Source: Candidatus Micrarchaeota archaeon (lineage in GTDB: Archaea > Micrarchaeota > Micrarchaeia > Anstonellales > Bilamarchaeaceae). Taken from it: 64,000 nt of DNA. Below are positions 9,736 through 20,607 of the stretch, piece by piece (position 1 is the first letter of the stretch; the number at the start of each line of letters is the position of its first letter). The notes under the pieces are model-generated. The model saw only the letters and a program-made list of their open reading frames with translations. It did not search any database and was not told the DNA's origin. Both the position numbers and the translations under genes were made by a program. The stretch covers positions 160,001-224,000 of the forward strand of contig JBDRLQ010000003.1 in NCBI GenBank assembly GCA_043812915.1, given 5' to 3'.

Positions 9736-11034
9736 CTACGGATGCAGCCTCGTCCTATCCCTTGGGAACAGCATGCACTCCCTGATATTCTCCTGGTTGC
9801 AGATTTTCATTGTGGCCCTCTCAAGCCCGATGCTCCATCCTGCGTGCGGCGGCGCCCCCATCCTGAACGCGTCTATGTAGAACTCGAAGTCATTCGGGTC
9901 AAGCCCCCTTTTCTTGAGCTGCCTCTCAAGTATTGCGGGAATGTGGATACGCTTTGCACCGCTTGCAAGCTCCATGCCCTTGTACATAAGGTCGAAGGCA
10001 TGGCAGACATTCTCGTCCTTTTCATCAGGCATGGAATAGAATGCGCGGATCTCGGTCGGCCAGTCGTAGATGAAGTAGATGTCCTCACCAAGAAGCTCGT
10101 ACATCTTCTTTTCGGCTTCCCTTGAGAAGTCCTCCCCCATCTCAATCTTGTAACCTGCGGCCTGCAGCTTCTCAATCAGTTCCTTGTAGGTGTACCTTGG
10201 AATCTTCTTTGGAATGCTTATCTCATTGCCCATTTTGGCAATCTCGGGCCCGGCCTTCTCCTTCACCCTTGCCAGAATATGCAGGAACACCTCCTCAAGC
10301 ACGCCCATTGCGTCCTCATGGTCCGCAAATCCCATCTCCACATCCATCTGGACTATCTCATTGAGGTGTGATGTGGTATTGTGCTTCTCCGCGCGGAAGA
10401 CCGGCACGGTCATGCTGACCTTATCGAAGCCCCCGACCACTGCAAGCTGCTTGTAAAGCTGGGGCGACTGCACGAGGAACGCCTTGTTCTCGAAGTACTG
10501 TATCGGGAAGACGTCTGCCCCGCCTTCTGTTGCGGCGCCGGTAATCGCGGAAGGATGGATCTCAATGAATCCGAGCTCTGCCAGCTTCTCCCTGAACGCC
10601 CCTGCTATTACGGCTTTCGCCTTGAAAATAGTTGAAATATCCTTCTTCCGAAGGTCAATGTACCTGAAATCCAGCCTGGTGTCGAGCTCTGAAGGCACCT
10701 TCCCTGTCGGATCGACCGGGAGCTTCCTCTCGACCTTGCCCAGGAGCTCGAAAGAAGAGGGCACCAGTTCAACGCCATCAGGTGAAATCTTGTTCTCCCT
10801 AAGCTCCCCCTCGAAGGAAACCACATCCTCCTTGTTCACCTGGACGGCCTCGAGCAGCGCATCATCCACAACGCCTTTCTTCATGGTAACCTGCATGATG
10901 CCCGTGATGTCCCGAAGGTGTACGAACTTGAGCTTTCCAAGATCCCTAACGTCATGAACCCAGCCGGCAATCTTGACCTTCTTGCCGGTTCCGGTCTCCT
11001 TCTTTGCCTCTTCAACATAATGACTTCTGTTCAT
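9736..11034 (-). CDS. aspS: Aspartyl-tRNA synthetase, archaeal type, probably non-discriminating (Asp/Asn)
   Basis: OB-fold AGWVHDVRDLG, QSPQLYKQ, FRAE, GAPPHAGWSIGLER; His in WVH and Pro in ISPDG fit non-discriminating determinants. Confidence 0.95.
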   Translation of the reverse strand: MNRSHYVEEAKKETGTGKKVKIAGWVHDVRDLGKLKFVHLRDITGIMQVTMKKGVVDDALLEAVQVNKEDVVSFEGELRENKISPDGVELVPSSFELLGKVERKLPVDPTGKVPSELDTRLDFRYIDLRKKDISTIFKAKAVIAGAFREKLAELGFIEIHPSAITGAATEGGADVFPIQYFENKAFLVQSPQLYKQLAVVGGFDKVSMTVPVFRAEKHNTTSHLNEIVQMDVEMGFADHEDAMGVLEEVFLHILARVKEKAGPEIAKMGNEISIPKKIPRYTYKELIEKLQAAGYKIEMGEDFSREAEKKMYELLGEDIYFIYDWPTEIRAFYSMPDEKDENVCHAFDLMYKGMELASGAKRIHIPAILERQLKKRGLDPNDFEFYIDAFRMGAPPHAGWSIGLERATMKICNQENIRECMLFPRDRTRLHP

Positions 11035-11186
11035 TGTCAATCAGCCTCTGCAGAACCGAAAATTCTTATTCATTCTAGTTAGTACAATAACCGTTTAAAT
11101 ACATCCCGTATCCAGCCTTTTTTCTGCCCTGCCCGCGAAATCTCTCTCCGATATAATAAAAACCCTTTCCAGCTAATACCGACGTT

Positions 11187-13928
11187 ATGGATGCTAATGC
11201 TATTGAAGCGAAATGGCGCAAAAGGTGGGCTGAGGAGAAGTGCTTCGAGCCAGATCTGGACGCCAGCAAGGAGAAGCGATACATCACAGCGGCGTTTCCC
11301 TATCCTAACTCGCCGCAGCACATAGGGCATGGGAGGACCTACACCACTGCGGACATCTATGCCAGATACCTGAGGCTAAGAGGCTTCCATGTCCTTTTCC
11401 CGATGGCATTCCATGTCACCGGCACCCCAATCCTGGCGATGGCCAAGAGGATTGCCAAGAAGGACAAGGAAGTGCTTGAAGTATTCGAGAACATCTACGG
11501 GATTGACGCCAAAACCGCCGAGTCCCTCACGGACCCCGAGGCCCTCGTCACCTATTTCTCCAAGGAAATAGAGCAGGGGATGAAGGAAATCGGCTATTCC
11601 ATGGACTGGAGGCGCAAGTTCTACTCGTTCGACCCTAAGTTCAACAAGTTCATCCAATGGCAGTTCCGGAAGCTCAAGGAGCTTGGCTACCTGATAAAAG
11701 GCGAATACCCCATTGCCTGGTGCCCCTCTGACGGGAACGCGCTCAGCGCCCACGACACGAAAGGGGACGTGGACCCTGAATTGGAGGATGTCACCGTAAT
11801 CAAGTTCAGGACCGGAAAGGGCCAGCCTTCACTGGTTGTCACAACCTACAGGCCCGAGACTATCTACGGGGTTACAAACATCTGGGTCAATCCTGATGCG
11901 GAATATGTCAAGGCGGAATACAAGGGAGAGCAGATTTACATCGCCAAGAAGGCGGCTGAAGTGCTCAATCTGCAGATGAAGCTCAAGATTCTTGGGGATG
12001 TGGATGCTGATAAGCTCCTCAGGCTTGAGGCTGAGAATCCGATGGACGGCAAGAAGGTGCCGGTGTACGAGGCAAGCTTCGTCAGCCCGGAAGTTGGGAC
12101 CGGAATCGTGATGAGCGTCCCTGCCCACGCGCCGCTTGATTACCTCGCCTTGCGCGACCTTGGAAAAGGGGACATGGAGATGCCCCAGGTGCTCTTCCTC
12201 AAGGGATACAGCAGCATGCCTGCCAAAGACGCGGTCGAGAAACTGGGCGTTAAGGACCAGGACGACCCGACGGCCGAGGAAGCAACAAAGGAAATCTACA
12301 CAAAAGAAGCGCATGAGGGCGTGATGGTCACCGGCAAGTACAAGGGCCAGAAAGGGATAGATGCCAAGGTGAAGATTGCAAAAGACCTGGAAGAAGCCAA
12401 CAGCGCATTCCAGATAGTCACCCTGGCAAACGGCCCTGTCTTCTGCAGGTGCGGAACGCAGGGGGTGGTGAACATCCTCAAGGACCAGTGGTTTATCGAC
12501 TATGGCCAGCCCGAATGGAAGAAGAAGGCGATGGAATGCCTCGGGGAGATGAGCACGATACCGGCAAAGACCCGAGATGAGTATGTTTATACCATAGACT
12601 GGCTCAAGACCCGGCCGTGCACGCGCGCCTCCGGACTGGGAACGCGGTTCCCGTTCGATGAGAGCAAGATGATTGAGGCCCTTTCCGATTCAACAATCTA
12701 CATGGCATTCTATACGATCAGCCATATGCTCGGGGATTTCGAGCCGGAGGCTCTGGGCGAGGCTTTCTTCGACTATGTGCTTCTTGGCAAGGGAAAGCCC
12801 AAGGGCAAGGATATGGAGGCTCTAAGGAAGAGCTTCCTTTACTGGTATCCGGTCGATTCCAGGCACAGCGCCGGGGACCTTATCCGGAACCACCTCACGC
12901 TCTACATATTCAACCATGTGGGCATATTCGAGAAGAAGCTCTGGCCCAGGCAGATTGTCACGAACGGATTCGTAACCATGGACGGGGCGAAGATGAGCAA
13001 GAGCATGGGCAACATCCTGCCTCTAAGAAAAGCAATCAGGGAATACGGCGCGGACGTGGTGCGATTCTCTGTCGTGTGCGGAGCCGACCTTACCCATGAC
13101 ACTGACTTCAACCGGACAGTTGCGGATGGAATGAGGGGAAGGCTGGCATTCATCAATGAGCTTATTGCCGAGGCCGCCAGGCAGAAGGACGGCAAGGAGC
13201 ACAGCAGGGCCGACAAGTGGCTTCTCTCAAGGCTCAACCGCAGAATCAAGCGCGCCCAGGAGCTCTATGAGCAGGTTGCGATAAGGCACCTCGCCCTCGA
13301 GATATTCTATGACCTAATCAATGACCTCCACTGGTATGACAAGCGCACCAAGGAAAGGAACCTCCACGGATTCTTCAGGAACTGGGCCGTTATGATTGCC
13401 CCGTTCATGCCCCACCTCGCTGAGGAGTGGTGGTCAATGCTCGGTGGCAAGGGCCTGGTGTCCTTCGCGCAGTTCCCCGAGCCGGATGAGAAACTGATTA
13501 GCGATGAGGTGGAGAAGGGCGAAGAGCTTGTCCGGTCTGTCCATGAGGACATCGATAAGATATCAAAGCTCATCGGAAAGAAGCCAGGGGGTGTGTTTGT
13601 GTATGTCGCGGGTAACTGGAAGAGGAAGGCATATGAACTTCTCAAGAAGGAAAAATCCTTCGACGGCTTCATGAAGGGCGCCTATGCGGATGCGGAGCTC
13701 AAGCCCCACATGAAGGAGCTAACCGGCATGGCCAAGCAGCTAATGAAGAATGTCCATTCCCTGCCTGATATCCTCGGGGCGGAAGAGGAGCTCGCTTCAC
13801 TAAAGGACGCCCAGATGTTCCTCTCTGAGGAGTTCGGCTGCACCGTTACAGTGCTCCCTGATTCAGAGGGCAAGCATCCCAAGGCGAAGAATGCCAGCCC
13901 GAACAAGCCGGCAATTGTCATCGAGTGA
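11187..13928 (+). CDS. leuS: Leucyl-tRNA synthetase, archaeal type
   Basis: AFPYPNSPQHIGH, TYRPETIYG, GTGIVMSVPAHAP, KMSKS, C-terminal PNKPAIVIE. Confidence 0.96.
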   Translation: MDANAIEAKWRKRWAEEKCFEPDLDASKEKRYITAAFPYPNSPQHIGHGRTYTTADIYARYLRLRGFHVLFPMAFHVTGTPILAMAKRIAKKDKEVLEVFENIYGIDAKTAESLTDPEALVTYFSKEIEQGMKEIGYSMDWRRKFYSFDPKFNKFIQWQFRKLKELGYLIKGEYPIAWCPSDGNALSAHDTKGDVDPELEDVTVIKFRTGKGQPSLVVTTYRPETIYGVTNIWVNPDAEYVKAEYKGEQIYIAKKAAEVLNLQMKLKILGDVDADKLLRLEAENPMDGKKVPVYEASFVSPEVGTGIVMSVPAHAPLDYLALRDLGKGDMEMPQVLFLKGYSSMPAKDAVEKLGVKDQDDPTAEEATKEIYTKEAHEGVMVTGKYKGQKGIDAKVKIAKDLEEANSAFQIVTLANGPVFCRCGTQGVVNILKDQWFIDYGQPEWKKKAMECLGEMSTIPAKTRDEYVYTIDWLKTRPCTRASGLGTRFPFDESKMIEALSDSTIYMAFYTISHMLGDFEPEALGEAFFDYVLLGKGKPKGKDMEALRKSFLYWYPVDSRHSAGDLIRNHLTLYIFNHVGIFEKKLWPRQIVTNGFVTMDGAKMSKSMGNILPLRKAIREYGADVVRFSVVCGADLTHDTDFNRTVADGMRGRLAFINELIAEAARQKDGKEHSRADKWLLSRLNRRIKRAQELYEQVAIRHLALEIFYDLINDLHWYDKRTKERNLHGFFRNWAVMIAPFMPHLAEEWWSMLGGKGLVSFAQFPEPDEKLISDEVEKGEELVRSVHEDIDKISKLIGKKPGGVFVYVAGNWKRKAYELLKKEKSFDGFMKGAYADAELKPHMKELTGMAKQLMKNVHSLPDILGAEEELASLKDAQMFLSEEFGCTVTVLPDSEGKHPKAKNASPNKPAIVIE

Positions 13929-13937
13929 CGTGTTCCT

Positions 13938-14957
13938 ATGAAATTCATCAGGGTTCCGAGGAGCGAAGGCGAAAGAATCCGCAGGCAACTGATTGACGCG
14001 GGGGCGTTCGTCCATGGCTACAGCATTATATCAGGGGAGCAGTTCCTCCTTTTCCCGGTGAACGTTGAAAAATGGCATGATTATGAGATTGTCGAGCGGG
14101 ACGCCAAGAAGCTGCCGGAGAAGTATCTCAAGCTCAAGGGCCTGCTTATGAATTGCCTCACCGAGACAGAGTTGGAGGAGCTCACAACCTCCTACGATGT
14201 TATAGGGGACATAATAATCGCCGAAATCCCCGAAGGCCTGGAGGGCAAGGAGAAGATAATCGCCGACGCGCTCCTGAAGGTGAACCCCTCGGTGAAAGTC
14301 GTCACCAAGAAGCTTGGGCCGATGGAAGGGGAATTCCGGGTCCGCAGGATAAAGGTAATCGGCGGGGAAGGGCGGACAGAAACCGTTTATAAGGAGCACG
14401 GCTGCCGGATGAAACTGGATGTCGGCAAGGTGTATTTCTCAGTGCGCCTTGGAACAGAGCGCAAGAGGATAGCAGAGCTGGTGCAGCCAGGGGAAAAGAT
14501 ACTTGCACTCTTTGCCGGGGTTGGGCCGTTCGCCCTGGTGATTAGCAAAACCCATCCGGATTCCGAAATAGTTGCAATCGAGCTCAATCCTGATGCCGTG
14601 GAATACATGAAGGAGAACATCGCGCTCAACAAGATGGAGAATATCACGCCGGTCCTGGGGGATGCGCGCGAAATCGTCATGAAGAGTTATCAGGGCTTTG
14701 CGGACCGGATAATCATGCCGCTTCCAAAGAGCGCAGCCCAGTTTCTGGACGTTGCCATTGCCGGGGCAAAAGACGGCGGGACAATCCACTTCTATACGTT
14801 TGATGCCGAGGGCAAGAGCTTTCCGGAAGCCAGGAAAGCTGTAATGGAAGCGGCCGGAAAGGCAGGAGTGAAAGCGGAATTCCTTAATGAGAAAATTGTA
14901 CGCCCCTATGCTCCAGGGCTTGTCCAGGTTGTTATCGATTTTAAGGTCAGAAAATAA
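13938..14957 (+). CDS. trm5: tRNA (guanine37-N1)-methyltransferase, Trm5/Met-10+ family
   Basis: SYDVIGDI, GEFRVR, KVYFSVRLGTER, LFAGVGPFAL, ELNPDA, IIMPLP. Confidence 0.88.
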   Translation: MKFIRVPRSEGERIRRQLIDAGAFVHGYSIISGEQFLLFPVNVEKWHDYEIVERDAKKLPEKYLKLKGLLMNCLTETELEELTTSYDVIGDIIIAEIPEGLEGKEKIIADALLKVNPSVKVVTKKLGPMEGEFRVRRIKVIGGEGRTETVYKEHGCRMKLDVGKVYFSVRLGTERKRIAELVQPGEKILALFAGVGPFALVISKTHPDSEIVAIELNPDAVEYMKENIALNKMENITPVLGDAREIVMKSYQGFADRIIMPLPKSAAQFLDVAIAGAKDGGTIHFYTFDAEGKSFPEARKAVMEAAGKAGVKAEFLNEKIVRPYAPGLVQVVIDFKVRK

Positions 14958-15013
14958 TCGGCCGCTACAGTTTCCTTAATTAACCTTATCTTTGATTTCA
15001 AGTCAGTGATTTC

Positions 15014-15346
15014 ATGAAGGCCGAGACCAAGAACAGAGCCATATGGTTAAACCTGCTCAAGATAGCGTCAGTTTTCTTCTTCATAATCGGATTCGTGATG
15101 GTGCTGCTGGACACCCGGTATATCGAAGGAATCCAGTATTTGCTGACCGCGTCGCTGTTCATGTTCACAATCCTGTTCATCAGCTATGACCGGATGGAGC
15201 TGGACTTTACGAACCCGGAAAAATCCGTTTTCCTGACGCTAGGCTTCATATTCTCGGTTATCGGCCTGAATATGAATCTTGGAATCTGGGCGCTTGGAAT
15301 CGCCTTCTTTGTTACTGGCACGTTCAATGGCAGCAAAAAAGCCTAG
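15014..15346 (+). CDS. Small membrane protein (about 4 TM segments)
   Basis: 110-aa hydrophobic ORF; stop overlaps the convergent neighbour. Confidence 0.7.
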   Translation: MKAETKNRAIWLNLLKIASVFFFIIGFVMVLLDTRYIEGIQYLLTASLFMFTILFISYDRMELDFTNPEKSVFLTLGFIFSVIGLNMNLGIWALGIAFFVTGTFNGSKKA

Positions 15347-16176
15347 TAGAACCCAAGGAGCATCCCAAGGAGCAGGAAGACAATCATCCCGGCGACTATT
15401 GGAGGCAATGCGGGCAGGACCATCTTCTTTTTCCACACAATCCCCAGGAAGAGCGCCATCGATATCAAGGACCCTATGAATACGAACGCGGTCGCGACAG
15501 GGTTGAATGCCAGAGTGGACACTTCCAGCATTATCGGGGCAATCAGGTCTCCTGTCCCAAGGTCAATCCGCTGCTCTTTCTTTCCAGGGAGTTTTTCTCT
15601 TGCGGTAATCGTGAACGCTAAGTCCTTCTTGACTACATAATCGGCAAGCTCCACCATGTGCTTTGTGAAGAAAACTGCCGAATAATCATAGATTGAGAGC
15701 AGGATGAGGAAAAGTATCAGCGGGATCAGCCCGAGGGATACTCCGAAAACGACACCCACCCCTGCAGTTGCCAGAATAACAGCGAAGTTCTTGAGGCCTG
15801 GCCTGAAAAATTTAGCGGCGGATAGGGCAAGCCCGAACAAAATGCCTGCGAGCATGCTTACCTCGAATCCGAAGGCAAGCCTAAGGACAGAGTAGAAAAC
15901 TATTGAGGAAGCCCCAGCGATGAGGACTATCTCAAGGAACCTGAATATCGCCGGAAGCTTGAGCAGCCGGATTGCCAGAATCATGCCGATTGCGCCCGCA
16001 AGAATATACGCGATGAAGAACACCGCGTTCGCAGGGTCATCCGCATCGGAAGTGACTATGAGGGCATTGACATAAGGGTTCTCCATGATGTCAAGCAGCA
16101 CAATGACTCCGGTGAAAATGCCGACAACCTGGGCGAGGATAAACAAAAGGAGCAATTTGTCCACGAGCTTCATCAT
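15343..16176 (-). CDS. Presenilin/signal-peptide-peptidase-like GxGD intramembrane aspartyl protease
   Basis: IYD motif, DLGTGDL motif, LPALP motif, multiple TM helices. Confidence 0.9.
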   Translation of the reverse strand: MMKLVDKLLLLFILAQVVGIFTGVIVLLDIMENPYVNALIVTSDADDPANAVFFIAYILAGAIGMILAIRLLKLPAIFRFLEIVLIAGASSIVFYSVLRLAFGFEVSMLAGILFGLALSAAKFFRPGLKNFAVILATAGVGVVFGVSLGLIPLILFLILLSIYDYSAVFFTKHMVELADYVVKKDLAFTITAREKLPGKKEQRIDLGTGDLIAPIMLEVSTLAFNPVATAFVFIGSLISMALFLGIVWKKKMVLPALPPIVAGMIVFLLLGMLLGFY

Positions 16177-16205
16177 CACAATCCTCCGACAAGGTATAAA
16201 AACCG

Positions 16206-18251
16206 CTATCTCTCGCCGACTATCCTTACATGGCCGTGCTCTTTCTCGTAAATTTCCCCTTTTCGGAGAAGCTCGGTGATTATCCTTCTTGCGACTTTGT
16301 CGTCAAGATCATATTTGGCGGCATCCTGGATAATCTCCTCAATGTCCGCAGTGTCTTTCTGCCGCAGGTGCTCCCTTACGATTTCCATTATGGTGTCCGT
16401 GCGCTGCAGCTTCTCCCTCTCTGATCTGGGCTTTCCTGTGGCTACGACATCCACATCGAACGCGCCCGTCTCTTTGTCCGTCATAATCTGCCGCATTACA
16501 TAGTTGAACAGCTCTATTGCCACATTGGCGTCATTCTCATCGACCGAATGGCTCAGGCGAAGCTTCGCGTTGGCCTCAGCCAGCCTGACTAAGCCCTCAA
16601 GATAACGCGGGGTGATTGCGACAGAGCCGGCTTCCTTGCTCTTTCCCCTCAAATCAACGTAGAATTCCCTGATTTTCTCAGATGCCGGCATGGTGAGCTT
16701 CGGGAAGACGGTTCTCCTCGCGAACGATATATACTTCCTTAGAAGGTCCTTGTCAAGTTCCTCAATCTCAGACTTCTCCTCCTGGCCCATGTGCGTTGCC
16801 AGGATATGCTTTGCCAGTTTCGAGTCCCTTTCCTCATCAAGGACGTCTACAATCGGGAATATCAGGTCGAACCTGGAGAGCAGGGTCGGGGGCACATCGA
16901 ATTGGTCAGCCAGATTCTTCGTCTGGTCGAACCTGCCATACTTGGGGTTGGCAGCAGCGAGGATTGCGGTTTTGGTCTTGAACTTGGCGACTATGCCTGC
17001 CTTGGCGACAGAGACGGTCTGCGTTTCCATCACTTCATGCAGGGCAGAGCGGTCCTCCTCCGGAATCTTGTCGAACTCGTCCACCTGCGCGCTTCCACCG
17101 CTCGCAAGCACAAGCGCTCCAGCCTTCAGGGTCCAGCCCCCTTCCCCGAGCTCATCCTTCTCAGCTGTAACTGTAAGTCCTGCTGAAGACACGCTTTTTC
17201 CGCTCACATATATGCTTTTTGGGGCGATTTCTGAAACGGAGTGCAGGAATCTCGATTTGGCAATGCCCGGGTCACCGATAAGCAGGATATGGATATCATC
17301 CCTGATTTTGGCGCCGCCCTTCATGGTCTTCCCTTTCGTCCCTCCGAAAAGCTGAAGCGCGATTGCGCGTTTCACTTCATCATGCCCGTAGATGAAGGAT
17401 GCGATGGAATGCCGGATTATCTGGTCTATGTTCGGGTCCTTTGAAAGGTCGATAAGGCGCTGCTCATCCTCATTGGTGATTTCAATCTCCTCGAAATCCC
17501 GCTTCATGCTCTTTGCGCTGTTGACTTCGATGAACCTTCCATACACCAGCTCCTGCTTCTGCTTCACCTTCAGTGGCGGCCTGAGCCTCAGCGTCCCTAC
17601 GACCTCGATATTGTCCCCAGGAGAGACGGTGTTGACCATGTCGTCCTCAAGGTATAGCTCGATATGCGCAGCCGGAGCACCTCCGCGCACCCTCTCAAGC
17701 AATTCCTGCACCTCTGCCCTCTGGATATCAGTGAATGTGCTCTGCTCCTCATCCTGCTGCAGGCTCATCTTCTTGCAGCTGTCGCAGCGCTTTGGCGGAA
17801 CGAAGTTTTTCCCGACAAACAGGCGGATTTCAGAGTCGCACAGCTGGCATTTGTACACCGCCACCTTCACCCTGTGCATCACCTCTGCCCGGCGCGTGAT
17901 GACCCCCTTGAAATAGACCATCTCATTGATGCTCTTGGAGCCGATATGCTCAATCATCGTCTCATTGGAGCACATATTGAAGAACCTGACATGCGGGGCG
18001 AACTTCTGCCCGGTCGGTATGATAAGGTTCATCTCCAGTATGGACTCCTTTGCGGCATCCAGGACAACGTCCGGGTCCTTTACCAGCTTATCCGCCAGCT
18101 CGGGGTCGAATTTCTCAAGGTCAAGATAGTCCACCTCGATGCTCCTGATGGTCGGATAATTGAGGAGCACCCTGTTGACCTTCTCCTTATATACTAAAGT
18201 GAAGAAATCATGGAACAGGGAGATTAGGGGTGACAGGTCTACTTTTTCCAT
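16206..18251 (-). CDS. mcm: Replicative helicase MCM (no intein seen)
   Basis: Zn finger CQLC...CDSC, GDPGIAKS, VDEFDK, AAANPKYGRF, LLSRFDL, ITPRYLE; likely start ATG 18251. Confidence 0.96.
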   Translation of the reverse strand: MEKVDLSPLISLFHDFFTLVYKEKVNRVLLNYPTIRSIEVDYLDLEKFDPELADKLVKDPDVVLDAAKESILEMNLIIPTGQKFAPHVRFFNMCSNETMIEHIGSKSINEMVYFKGVITRRAEVMHRVKVAVYKCQLCDSEIRLFVGKNFVPPKRCDSCKKMSLQQDEEQSTFTDIQRAEVQELLERVRGGAPAAHIELYLEDDMVNTVSPGDNIEVVGTLRLRPPLKVKQKQELVYGRFIEVNSAKSMKRDFEEIEITNEDEQRLIDLSKDPNIDQIIRHSIASFIYGHDEVKRAIALQLFGGTKGKTMKGGAKIRDDIHILLIGDPGIAKSRFLHSVSEIAPKSIYVSGKSVSSAGLTVTAEKDELGEGGWTLKAGALVLASGGSAQVDEFDKIPEEDRSALHEVMETQTVSVAKAGIVAKFKTKTAILAAANPKYGRFDQTKNLADQFDVPPTLLSRFDLIFPIVDVLDEERDSKLAKHILATHMGQEEKSEIEELDKDLLRKYISFARRTVFPKLTMPASEKIREFYVDLRGKSKEAGSVAITPRYLEGLVRLAEANAKLRLSHSVDENDANVAIELFNYVMRQIMTDKETGAFDVDVVATGKPRSEREKLQRTDTIMEIVREHLRQKDTADIEEIIQDAAKYDLDDKVARRIITELLRKGEIYEKEHGHVRIVGER

Positions 18252-18324
18252 ATGACCACGCGAATAATTAGTGGTATTACTAACGCCTAGCAAGTCTTTA
18301 ATACTTTGTTTCGTATAGTGGGCT

Positions 18325-19530
18325 ATGAATAAGGTCATTCTTTTTATCATAGACGGACTTGGGGACCTACCGACGCCAAAGACGCCTCTCCAGGCTGCAA
18401 AAACTCCAAATCTTGACAAGATTGCACACAAAGGAATAACCGGCCTGCTCGCTCCCTTGGGAAGGGGGGTCGTGCCTGGCAGCGACACCTCTCATCTTGA
18501 GCTTCTTGGATATGACCCGAGGCTCTTTTACTGCGGAAGGGGCCCCCTGGAAGCCCTTGGGATAGGGATGGAGCTGGAAGAGGGCGATGTCGCCTTCAGG
18601 GCCAACTTCGCCACTGTCAAAGACGGCAAGATTGTGGATAGGAGAGCCGGCAGGATTGACACCGCCTCGGCCTCAAAGCTCGCTGAGGGCCTTTCTATGG
18701 AGATCGAGGGCACCCGGGTGATGTTCCAGAACTCAGTTGAGCACCGCGGCGCTGTTGTACTCCGCGGAACAGGCATAAGCCACATGGTCAGCAGCACCGA
18801 CGCCAAGCCGGGCTACCCGCCCGCGCTAAGCCATCCCTTTGACCAGTCCGGGGAATCCCAGAAGACCGCCAGGATAGTGAATACCTACATGCAGAAAGTC
18901 ATGGAGAAGCTTGGCAAGTCCCCCGAGAATGAAAGCAGGGTGAAAAAGGGCCTTCCACCTGCCAACGCCCTGCTGCTTCGGGGCGCCGGCTCATTCGTTG
19001 AAGTGCCCACCTTCGAGGAGCGCTTTTCTGTAAAAGCCGCCTGTGTCGCGGGCGGAGCGCTATACCGCGGAGTGGCTAAATATCTGGGCATGGATGTCTT
19101 CATGCTAGCCGGGGATACGGGCGATAAGAACACCGACCTGAAAGCCAAGGCTATCGCGGTCGTAAAGGCCCTGGAGGACTATGACCTGCTTTTCGTGCAC
19201 GTCAAGGGGTGCGACAACTACGGACATGACGGCGATTTCAAGGGCAAGACGGAAATGCTGGAGCGCATTGACCGGGATATGATATCCGCCCTCGCAAAAA
19301 CCGGCGCGGACCTTGTTATTACCGGGGACCATTCCACGCCCTGCATCAGGAAGGCTCACTCAGGCCACGAAGTCCCAATCCTGTTCTTCGGCGACAACGA
19401 GAGATATGATAATGTGAAGAAGTTCGATGAAATCAGCTGCATGGATGGCGGCCTTGGGCATATTGAGGGAAAAGACGTAATGCCCATGATTCTGAACATG
19501 CTTGGAAAAGCGAGGAAATACGGGAGCTAG
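18325..19530 (+). CDS. apgM: 2,3-bisphosphoglycerate-independent phosphoglycerate mutase (archaeal)
   Basis: IIDGLGD, TPLQAAKTPNLD, PGSDTSHL, GRGPLEALG, TGDHSTP. Confidence 0.95.
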   Translation: MNKVILFIIDGLGDLPTPKTPLQAAKTPNLDKIAHKGITGLLAPLGRGVVPGSDTSHLELLGYDPRLFYCGRGPLEALGIGMELEEGDVAFRANFATVKDGKIVDRRAGRIDTASASKLAEGLSMEIEGTRVMFQNSVEHRGAVVLRGTGISHMVSSTDAKPGYPPALSHPFDQSGESQKTARIVNTYMQKVMEKLGKSPENESRVKKGLPPANALLLRGAGSFVEVPTFEERFSVKAACVAGGALYRGVAKYLGMDVFMLAGDTGDKNTDLKAKAIAVVKALEDYDLLFVHVKGCDNYGHDGDFKGKTEMLERIDRDMISALAKTGADLVITGDHSTPCIRKAHSGHEVPILFFGDNERYDNVKKFDEISCMDGGLGHIEGKDVMPMILNMLGKARKYGS

Positions 19531-20492
19531 GCCCTCTTGAGCCTTGCCAGGACTTCTGGCCTGGCCGTTTTACTCTTTCTTATTGTTTCATGCCTGGCTC
19601 TTAGCCTCCTTCTGGACTGGCAGATCTCGAGGTCGGTACAGTCCTGGTTGAATCCCTGGATTCTCAGCACAACTCCCTGCTCACGGAGCTTTCTTGTAAA
19701 TACATGCGCCCAATGATTCCTTCGCGGGTCCTGGCTGGCCTCATAAAGTCCCTTTTCAAGCTTCCTGATGGTCCAGTCATCCGGATACCCGAAGAACCTC
19801 ACTTCCTCCAGCCTGTCGAGGATGGCTGTGGCTTCTGACAATATGTCTTCCCTCTTGCAGCCCTCCACCATCGGCACGATCCAGTAGATGAGGTCGTTCC
19901 TGCGCTCATCAATAATCTGCGGGAGCAGTTTCCGTATCCACGGAAGCGCATTCCCATCAGCCATTGCCTTGCAGCAGACGATTGCCAGCTTCTCCAGGGT
20001 GCCGGGGCAGGTCATGCCCAGCTCCTTCCCCCCCAAAGAATGCAGGAGCTCCTCTGCCCGCTTCGATGAGAATGGGTCCCTCAATGCTGCGATGAGCGGA
20101 GCGATAATCGTGATTCCCCTATTCCCCGCAATCTCCACAAGCAGCCCGAAGGCGAATTCCGTCCTTCGCATATGCAGCGCTTTTTCATCTTCGTCCAGCC
20201 CACTCTTTCCTGCAGTGCCAGCAAGGCATGAAACGAGGGCGCCGGCAATCCCGTGCCTGGCCTTCAGGCTGGGCTTGAGGCTTTCCTGCTCTTCCAGGGA
20301 GAGGATAAGCCTCCTTAGTATCTCCTGCTTGCCCGGGTCTCCAGCATTCTTGAAGTGCATCACGGCCTTGCGGACTATCAGGTGGTCGAGCTTTGACTCT
20401 GCAGCCATCCCAACCAATATCACGGCATTATCCGGATTGGTGCCAAGCGAATCGGCGAGCCTGAATATCTCCCTGCGGGCATCTGCTACCAT
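19527..20492 (-). CDS. Hypothetical alpha-helical (possibly HEAT-like) protein with Arg-rich C-terminus
   Basis: Long ORF, GGTGG SD before ATG 20492, amphipathic helices such as IIAPLIAALRDP. Confidence 0.6.
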   Translation of the reverse strand: MVADARREIFRLADSLGTNPDNAVILVGMAAESKLDHLIVRKAVMHFKNAGDPGKQEILRRLILSLEEQESLKPSLKARHGIAGALVSCLAGTAGKSGLDEDEKALHMRRTEFAFGLLVEIAGNRGITIIAPLIAALRDPFSSKRAEELLHSLGGKELGMTCPGTLEKLAIVCCKAMADGNALPWIRKLLPQIIDERRNDLIYWIVPMVEGCKREDILSEATAILDRLEEVRFFGYPDDWTIRKLEKGLYEASQDPRRNHWAHVFTRKLREQGVVLRIQGFNQDCTDLEICQSRRRLRARHETIRKSKTARPEVLARLKRA

Positions 20493-20607
20493 TTCCACCA
20501 AACCTGTGTATGCAAATATCTTGGTGTGGAAATGTTTAAAAATCATGGATAGAACTGGACAAATGTGATTTTAGAAAAAGAGAAAATAAAAAGAAAAAAG
20601 GAAACAA

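Noticed and set aside
18252..18488. N-terminal extension of MCM in the ORF track
   Set aside because: Overlaps the divergent apgM gene and its promoter; MCM-like sequence starts at ATG 18251
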